From: Candidatus Hydrogenedentota bacterium | Lineage (GTDB): Bacteria > Hydrogenedentota > Hydrogenedentia > Hydrogenedentales > SLHB01 | NCBI GenBank assembly: GCA_045863335.1 | Contig: BTVY01000024.1 | Coordinates: 40,034-104,033 of the forward strand | Direction: 5' to 3' | Length of the DNA: 64,000 nucleotides | Shown here: positions 58,052-64,000 of the stretch, in pieces | Layout of the letters: each line of letters begins with the position of its first letter | Numbering within the stretch: the stretch's first letter is position 1 | Position numbers and translations under genes: made by a program | The notes under the pieces: model-generated | Database searches by the model: none | Told to the model about the DNA's origin: nothing | Seen by the model: the letters and a program-made list of their open reading frames with translations, nothing else

Positions 58052-58862
58052 ACCGTCTTTGATATGGTTTGTGCTGATCCTGTTGTCCTCCCCCGTGTTC
58101 TGCCACGCCACCACAATTCGCGCCGCGACAGACATCGCGGTGCGCGTTGCCCAGGCTGAACAGGACTTCGAGGCGACGGAAGCGCCCAGCGTCACCCTCG
58201 AAGGGCCAGAGGATCTGGAGCGTCCAGAGGAGGAGCCCGCCACGTTACCGGATACGCCCCCTGCTCCTCCACGCCAGGAAGCCCCGGTGCCCGGGTGGTG
58301 GAAGGAAGCGCAGGATTCGCTGAATCAAGCGATGGACGAGCGGTCCGGCGAAGGCGGCGACACGAGCGGAGAACCCGGTGGGGACGCCCCAAGCAGCGAT
58401 GGTTCGCGTTCATTCGGCCGTAACGTGGCGCAAGGTTTTATCGCGCTCTGCCTGGTCGTCGCCCTGATTCTGATCTGCACGTACTTCCTGAAGCGGTTTG
58501 GCGGGCGAACGCCGCTGCTGGCGGGAGCGAATCTCGGCACCGTCCTCGGAAAGGTCTACCTGACCCCAAAAATCGCGCTCCATTTCGTACAGGTAAAGAA
58601 TGTCGTTCTGGTCGTCGGTGTCTCGCCCAATGGCGTGTCCGCAGTGACGCAATTGAGCGCCGCTCTCTTCGAGGACCTTGCACAGCCTACAGCGCGTGCG
58701 AATGACCGCCAGTTGGATTTCCTCTCCGAGTTGTCGGCCGCGACTGGACAGCAATCCCCGGCAGATTCCGAGGCCGAGGACGACGAGATCGCTTCTCTGA
58801 AGGGCGATCTGGCTCGATTGCAGAAGTATCTGCAGGAGACGTCGCGTGAGCTGGGGGATTAG
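58044..58862 (+). CDS. fliO: Flagellar biosynthesis protein FliO/FliZ
   Basis: Signal-like N-terminus, TM, VLGKVYLTPK...LVVGVS domain; precedes fliP. Confidence 0.75.
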   Translation: MRRPSLIWFVLILLSSPVFCHATTIRAATDIAVRVAQAEQDFEATEAPSVTLEGPEDLERPEEEPATLPDTPPAPPRQEAPVPGWWKEAQDSLNQAMDERSGEGGDTSGEPGGDAPSSDGSRSFGRNVAQGFIALCLVVALILICTYFLKRFGGRTPLLAGANLGTVLGKVYLTPKIALHFVQVKNVVLVVGVSPNGVSAVTQLSAALFEDLAQPTARANDRQLDFLSELSAATGQQSPADSEAEDDEIASLKGDLARLQKYLQETSRELGD

Positions 58863-59625
58863 GCTGGTCCTCCTCGCCGCGCTGGCGGCGGGTGCGCTGG
58901 CGGGCGTGGCTCCGGCCCAGGAGGCCGATCCGGACAACGCGTTCGGCATCGACAATTTCATCGACCAAGCGCAGGGGGCTGTGGCGCCCGAGCGGCTGTC
59001 CACGACGATGACGCTGTTCGTGTTGCTGACCGTGCTGTCGCTGGCGCCGGCCATCCTCGTCATGACGACTTCGTTCACGCGCATCATCGTAGTGCTGGGA
59101 TTCCTGCGGCAGGCCATGGCGACCCAACAATCGCCTCCGAACCAAGTACTCGTTGGTTTAGCCTTGATCCTCACCTTCTTCATCATGATGCCCACGTACC
59201 AGCGGGTCTACGATGAAGCAATTCAACCCTACATCAATGAAGAGATTGGCCCGGACGAGGCGCTCGACCTGGGCATGGCGCCGGTTCGCGAGTTCATGTT
59301 CCGGCAGGTGCTTCGGCATCCCAAAGATTTGGCCCTGTTCATGGACATCGCCAACCTGGAGCGTCCCGAGAATCCCGACGACGTGCCGACGCACGTGCTG
59401 GTGTGCGCCTTCGTTCTGAACGAAATGCGGATTGCCTTCACGATCGGCTTTGTGATCTACATTCCCTTCCTAATCATCGACATGGTTGTCGCCAGCACGC
59501 TCATGGCCATGGGGATGATGATGCTGCCGCCCGTGTTCGTGTCGCTGCCGTTCAAGATCATCATGTTCGTGCTTGCCGACGGGTGGTACTTGATCATCAG
59601 CGAACTCGTGCAGAGCTTTCAGTAG
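58846..59625 (+). CDS. fliP: Flagellar export gate protein FliP
   Basis: TSFTRIIVVL, PPNQVL, PVREFM, YIPFLIIDMVVAS, MGMMMLPP, LPFK. Confidence 0.97.
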   Translation: MSWGIRLVLLAALAAGALAGVAPAQEADPDNAFGIDNFIDQAQGAVAPERLSTTMTLFVLLTVLSLAPAILVMTTSFTRIIVVLGFLRQAMATQQSPPNQVLVGLALILTFFIMMPTYQRVYDEAIQPYINEEIGPDEALDLGMAPVREFMFRQVLRHPKDLALFMDIANLERPENPDDVPTHVLVCAFVLNEMRIAFTIGFVIYIPFLIIDMVVASTLMAMGMMMLPPVFVSLPFKIIMFVLADGWYLIISELVQSFQ

Positions 59626-59659
59626 GGGTTTGAGGTATGGGGTATGGGGGATGGGGGTT
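59625..59659. repeat. Heptamer array (GGGGTAT)n, downstream arm of the four-helix-bundle gene
   Basis: GGGGTTT GAGGTAT GGGGTAT GGGGGAT GGGGGTT. Confidence 0.85.
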
Positions 59660-60032
59660 AGGACTTCTTAGGTTTGAGACTTTGTTGTAGGCGCGTGAGA
59701 AGACGGGCGACGATCTGAGTCTGTTCCCAGGCCGGGAGCAATTCCTCGCGGGTCAGCAGTTTCAGGCGCGCTGTCAGAGTCAGCAAGGTCTCGACTTCCG
59801 CAAGGGAACCCTTCGCTATCGACAGGTGATGGGTGTAGTCCCCGCGATGGGTCCGTCCGTAGCCTTCGGCGATGTTTGTCGGTACGGACACGGCTGCCCG
59901 CCGAATCTGTGAGATCAATCCGAATTTCTCCTCGCTCGGAAGCAGCTCCGTCAAGCGGTAGCACGTCTCGACCAGATTCATGGCCTCCTGCCAGGTCTCC
60001 AGATCCCGATAGCTTTCGATGGACACTACCAT
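59658..60032 (-). CDS. Four-helix-bundle protein (23S rRNA IVP / Avd-like family)
   Basis: SYRDLETWQEAM...EEKFGLISQIRRAAVSVPTNIAEG..R...IAKGSLAEVET. Confidence 0.93.
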   Translation of the reverse strand: MVVSIESYRDLETWQEAMNLVETCYRLTELLPSEEKFGLISQIRRAAVSVPTNIAEGYGRTHRGDYTHHLSIAKGSLAEVETLLTLTARLKLLTREELLPAWEQTQIVARLLTRLQQSLKPKKS

Positions 60033-60062
60033 ACCCCCATACCCCATACCCCACACCCCATA
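60029..60062. repeat. Heptamer array (CCCCATA)n, upstream arm, inverted relative to 59625-59659
   Basis: CCATACCCCCATACCCCATACCCCACACCCCATA. Confidence 0.85.
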
Positions 60063-60077
60063 AAGCGTCGATGTGGC

Positions 60078-61064
60078 CTATTCGGTGGAGATACGTTCCG
60101 CGATCAGATGAGCGGCACCCATGACGGCGGCGTCGTCTCCCAGTTTCGCCGCAACAACCTTGACCCCTTTAAGCAGGAAAGGCATGGCGTGCGCCTTGAG
60201 AGCACGTTCCACCTCTTCCATGTAGAGGGACTCCATCGCTTCGACTAATCCCCCGCCGAGAACCAACGCGTCCGGGCTGATGATGTTGATGAGATTGCCT
60301 GCGGCAACACCGGTGTAGTAGGCGGCTTTCCGCACAACGCCTTCGACCATCTTCTCGCCCGACTCGATAGCCTTCGCGATTACCCCGCTGCGAATCTTGC
60401 CGAGGTCGGTGCCGCAGTTCTCATAGATATACGGCGCGTCGCCACGGGCGGCCAAGGCCGCGATCTGTGAGGCGATGGCAATACGCGAGGCAAGGGCTTC
60501 CAGGCAGCCCCGCTTCCCGCAGCCGCAGTAAGGACCGTCGACCTCCAGGGTCATGTGGCCGATTTCGGCGGTGGACCCGGAGTGTCCGTGGAAAAGTTTA
60601 CCGTCGAGGATGATAGCGCCGCCAATGCCAGTGCCGGGAAAAATCCCCACGACGTGCTTGCAGTTGCGCACCTTTCCGAAGACATACTCGCCGTACGTGC
60701 CGACGTTGACGTCGTTGTCCACCAGCACGGGCACGTTGAAGGCTTTTTGAAGGACTTTGGCGAGGGGAAATTGCTTCCAACCCAGGTTCGGCGTGTCAAT
60801 GATAACGCCTTCTTTGGGATCAAGCGGACCCGGCGAGCCCACACCGATGCCTTTAATAGGCTTGTTTCCCGAGTCCTCGATGGCCGCGCGGACGATCTTG
60901 ACGATCCGGTCCTCGGGTTTTTCGTCGAGCTTCTTTTCCGACTTGCTTTTCTTGCGGCAGCGGCCGACCACCTTGAAGGAATGATCGACGACACAGGCCA
61001 TCATCTTGGTCCCGCCGATATCCAATCCGATTACATAGTCCCCCGGCTTCAGCATCGCTTTCAT
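60078..61064 (-). CDS. ROK-family sugar kinase (glucokinase-like)
   Basis: GLDIGGTK, DNDVN, GTGIGG, AEIGHM, CGCGKRGCLE. Confidence 0.93.
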   Translation of the reverse strand: MKAMLKPGDYVIGLDIGGTKMMACVVDHSFKVVGRCRKKSKSEKKLDEKPEDRIVKIVRAAIEDSGNKPIKGIGVGSPGPLDPKEGVIIDTPNLGWKQFPLAKVLQKAFNVPVLVDNDVNVGTYGEYVFGKVRNCKHVVGIFPGTGIGGAIILDGKLFHGHSGSTAEIGHMTLEVDGPYCGCGKRGCLEALASRIAIASQIAALAARGDAPYIYENCGTDLGKIRSGVIAKAIESGEKMVEGVVRKAAYYTGVAAGNLINIISPDALVLGGGLVEAMESLYMEEVERALKAHAMPFLLKGVKVVAAKLGDDAAVMGAAHLIAERISTE

Positions 61065-61152
61065 TCGGTCTCCTCCGCTTGTTCCAGGCCGGAAGCATAG
61101 CACGTTCGGCGAATGATGTGGAGTGCGAGCGTAGAAACCAGAAGACCCGACG

Positions 61153-63660
61153 TTAGAAGGTTTCGTCTTCGAGAATCCGAATGCCCTTGATGCGGGACAA
61201 TTTGAAGACGCGCGCGCCGCCGAGCCGGTGGCAGAACCCGCTCAAGGAAGGTACAGCACCGACGGTGTCGAGGGAGACCGGATTGACGCGGCGCACGGTG
61301 GGATTGGGGCTCCACGTCGATTGGTACTGGATCAGAATTGGTCTGCGGCGGCGAATGGCGTCATCGATAATCTCGCCGACGATGCGGGGCGAATAGGACG
61401 GCAGGTCAATCGCTTCCTCTTGTTCCGCATCGTCCTCCCCTCTTGACGCCTTTCGCTCGTCAGGCTCATCACTGTCGTTCTGCGCTTCGAGCCAGGAGCC
61501 GACCCACTGTTCCGGCGGACCGTCGTCGAGGACAACGCCGTTCTTGCTGACGGGCATGCCGAATGACTTGAGGGCGCGCTTGATGGAGGTCAGCCCGCCC
61601 TTGCGCACAACCAACGTATATAACCCAAGGCGTCCCTCCACGTGCTGGGAGACCTCGGGCATCTCCAGCACGGCGTCGCAGGCTTCGGCATCTTCAAACC
61701 GGACCAACGTAGCTGTCAACGCGGATGGGGACTGGACGTCGCCGTTCCACGCGCGCAAGGCCGCCCGGTACCGCGCCGCCAGGGACCCATCGACCAGGGT
61801 TTCCAGTTGGGCGGCGAGCAGGCCCCAGTCAATGTCGCGCCGGGTGTTTTTCTTGCACAGCTCAAACTCCAGGTCTCCGGAACTGGTCCGCTTGACCTGC
61901 CCCAATTCTTCGAGCCGACGGTGCACAAACAGGTCGGCTTTGCTCCAGGGAACGTGAAGCGCAAGACCTTCCTTCTGCATTGCGCATGGCGATAGTGCGT
62001 TTCGATAGTCAATCCGGTGGTCTGTCTTGGGTGCGGCGCCGTTCTGCGTAACACAGAATCGCCCCCCCACGTGGCGTAGCCCGGAATCATTCAGAGCCGC
62101 CTGCGTCGCGTCAGACTCGGACGGGTACTCCAGCACCCGGCATTTGCGATGGATGGTGACGGCGGCAACCTTGCGATCCCAGGTGGAGAATTGCTCCCGC
62201 ACGTTCGGGGGCACGGGGCGGCTGGAATGGCTTTCGATAATGCGGATGAACTCGTCCGACGAGACGCCCGACCGAACGCCGCGATAGACGCTATCCTGGG
62301 TCAATCGATAGGTGCTGACGGGACCGCCCCGAAGACGCTCGCAAAACAGATCGAGGCGGCGCCGCAGATCGGGCGAACAACGGTCGAGATAGGCAATAAC
62401 CTCGAAATCCGGCTGGACGACGACGGCATCTTTCGCGCCGTCATCCGCTTCTTCGGGTGCGGGACCCACTCCAAGGGCGTAACGGCCAAGGGGCGTGATT
62501 CGGAACAGCTTGCCCTCGTCCGCAAGGTCGACCATGCCGAAATTGGCGAGCAGTGTCTGCACGATCCAGACCAGCAGGCGCTTCTCATGATTCTGCCAGG
62601 CCCGGTCCCGCCATGGGGCGGACGCGTCAGGCACATTGGCGGCGATGGCGCGCCACCGTTCGCACAGGAAGAGGAAGTTCTCATCCACCCGGCGCATCGT
62701 GTTGACGAGGGCTTCCAGGCTGTACCAGGTATCCGGCTGCTGTTCCGCCAGGACCTGCGCAAGCAGAAGGCGGTGGTACCTGCGGCGCAACGTCCCTGCG
62801 GGCATTCGCGATTCCATTGCGTCGAAGGCTTGGGGGAAGAACAGTTGGAGATCGGGGAGTTCCTCGGATTCAACATACCCGCGAAAGAGGCTTCGGGTGC
62901 GCTCCGCCTTGGAAGCACAGGCCCACGCTTCGGCCCGGTCGGTGGTGACGAGCCGTCCGCTCTTACCGGTCACACATCCAAGCCGCCGGGCAATCATGAG
63001 CGCGAACTTCATGGCTTCGGCGCTCACGTTGACATCGGTTGCCATTTCCCGGGCGCGGGTTCCGTCGCTCTTATGCATGTCGCCGGCGGCGGTTACCCGG
63101 GGCTCGAGCACCTCCACGACGCGCAGGGTTTCGAGAAAGGCGGTGGTGGCGCCATCCTTTCGCTCCACCTGCGACTCGTCAACAGTTTCACGATACTGGG
63201 GAACTTCAATCCCGAGTGCGGGCGGTACGGGAACGTGGGGTACGAGGGCTTCGGGCACCACCAGCGTGTACGTGCTGGCCGCTACCTGATCGTCACGCGA
63301 CAGGTGGCTGAAGGAGAACGCACCTGCGCGGTCCAACGGGGGTACCAGCACTAAGCCAAGCGCCGCAAGGATTTCCAGGGTTGCGGCGGGCGTGTTTGAG
63401 CCGATGAGACCGCGGGCGCACGCGGCGTCTCCGGCGGTGATCCCGGGTGTGGTCGCAACCAAGTGAAGGAGCCGGAGCGCGGCTGGGTCCAGGTCGCCGA
63501 TAACCCCTTTCAGATGGAGCGGATCGCCGAGAATTCGCTCAAGGGCCTTAATCCGGCTGGCTTTGCTGCCTGCAACCAGGCGCCAACGCTCACACATCAC
63601 GCCCAGTGCGTCGTTCGTGTAGCCCCGCAGGCATTCCTTGATGCTGTACCCGGTTGTCAA
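61153..63660 (-). CDS. Helicase-associated (XPB Helicase_C_3-like) domain protein with C-terminal WYL domain
   Basis: FRITPLGR...VVVQPDFEVI...YRLTQDSVYRG...PVPPNV..W; C-terminal RRVNPVSL...GFCHRLGGARVFKLSRI (WYL). TTG start overlaps the upstream stop. Confidence 0.85.
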   Translation of the reverse strand: MTTGYSIKECLRGYTNDALGVMCERWRLVAGSKASRIKALERILGDPLHLKGVIGDLDPAALRLLHLVATTPGITAGDAACARGLIGSNTPAATLEILAALGLVLVPPLDRAGAFSFSHLSRDDQVAASTYTLVVPEALVPHVPVPPALGIEVPQYRETVDESQVERKDGATTAFLETLRVVEVLEPRVTAAGDMHKSDGTRAREMATDVNVSAEAMKFALMIARRLGCVTGKSGRLVTTDRAEAWACASKAERTRSLFRGYVESEELPDLQLFFPQAFDAMESRMPAGTLRRRYHRLLLAQVLAEQQPDTWYSLEALVNTMRRVDENFLFLCERWRAIAANVPDASAPWRDRAWQNHEKRLLVWIVQTLLANFGMVDLADEGKLFRITPLGRYALGVGPAPEEADDGAKDAVVVQPDFEVIAYLDRCSPDLRRRLDLFCERLRGGPVSTYRLTQDSVYRGVRSGVSSDEFIRIIESHSSRPVPPNVREQFSTWDRKVAAVTIHRKCRVLEYPSESDATQAALNDSGLRHVGGRFCVTQNGAAPKTDHRIDYRNALSPCAMQKEGLALHVPWSKADLFVHRRLEELGQVKRTSSGDLEFELCKKNTRRDIDWGLLAAQLETLVDGSLAARYRAALRAWNGDVQSPSALTATLVRFEDAEACDAVLEMPEVSQHVEGRLGLYTLVVRKGGLTSIKRALKSFGMPVSKNGVVLDDGPPEQWVGSWLEAQNDSDEPDERKASRGEDDAEQEEAIDLPSYSPRIVGEIIDDAIRRRRPILIQYQSTWSPNPTVRRVNPVSLDTVGAVPSLSGFCHRLGGARVFKLSRIKGIRILEDETF

Positions 63661-63863
63661 TCGTGTACCCTCGGAAGGTGCCCAAGCGACTGCAAACGGC
63701 GAACCACGTCCGGCACCGCCTGGGGCTGAACCGCGACGCATGTCGGCGAAAGCCGTTCACCGAGAAACGGTTGGACCACGGCGTCGTTCTCGATCTCCGT
63801 CAGAACGAGCGGGTCCGTCACCTCGATGAGGGCCACTCCGTCGTGCAGCTTTGGACCATTCAT
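63657..63863 (-). CDS. Small protein homologous to an internal subdomain of the downstream helicase-associated protein
   Basis: ALIEVTDPLVLTEI...FLGERLSPTCVAV...LQSLGHLP resembles TLVRFEDAEACDAVL...HVEGRLGLYTLVV...LKSFGMP. AGGA RBS. Confidence 0.7.
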   Translation of the reverse strand: MNGPKLHDGVALIEVTDPLVLTEIENDAVVQPFLGERLSPTCVAVQPQAVPDVVRRLQSLGHLPRVHD

Positions 63864-63953
63864 CGTATTCTTCCTGGTTGGGGCAAAAATACAACCGCCT
63901 AGTCTAGCAAATACTGAATGGCAACACAAAACTGGCATATGGCCCTTGTCAAG

Positions 63954-64000
63954 ACTCGTTAGAAATGTCCTCTGGCTTAACTCGTTAGAAATGTCCTCTG
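63954..64000. repeat. 21-bp direct repeat with 26-bp period at the window end
   Basis: ACTCGTTAGAAATGTCCTCTG at 63954-63974 and 63980-64000. Confidence 0.9.

Noticed and set aside
9552-63354. Long antisense or alternate-frame ORFs (e.g. 9552-10790, 13477-14547, 22419-23729, 26506-28233, 45586-46893, 62149-63354)
   Set aside because: Shadow ORFs expected opposite high-GC genes; no motifs or RBS, and fully overlapped by well-supported genes.
1-64000. tRNA, rRNA, integrase or intact transposase
   Set aside because: None recognisable by eye in either strand or in the ORF track.

Overview
High-GC (roughly 60-63% by eye) bacterial chromosome segment. The gene content (ECF sigma factor fused to carboxypeptidase-regulatory-like repeats, a PKD lipoprotein with a GCP lipobox, a UROD-family protein, a heparinase II/III protein) suggests a Candidatus Hydrogenedentota/PVC-like organism; this is inference only. 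In order: ahcY; a lower-GC accessory island (about 1.75-6.3 kb) with a translationally coupled ExbB/MotA-like + two ExbD-like trio, a degenerate IS remnant, a small acidic protein and a NERD nuclease; a PAP2 phosphatase, a broken vapBC pair, an alpha/beta hydrolase and a UROD-family gene; sufBCDSU-nadA; an ECF sigma fusion; an M16 protease; a DUF1858-iscA-ygfZ(TPR) Fe-S accessory cluster; a PKD lipoprotein; a GT2-methyltransferase fusion; a penicillin acylase; a DUF433/DUF5615 toxin-antitoxin pair; DUF362; a heparinase; a decapitated ECF fusion; a crotonase; degP; a sigma54-driven flagellar cluster (flgB to fliP); a four-helix-bundle gene flanked by inverted heptamer arrays; a ROK kinase; and a helicase-associated/WYL protein. 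Intergenic DNA carries many palindromic REP-like families. No rRNA, tRNA or CRISPR-cas was seen. Leading candidates for novelty: the motor-plus-nuclease island, a probable ACG-initiated fliG, a mini-FliF paralog, a structured RNA between the TIGR02530-like gene and flgE, and the repeat-bracketed four-helix-bundle cassette with empty or solo relatives. All family calls come from reading motifs, not from database searches.
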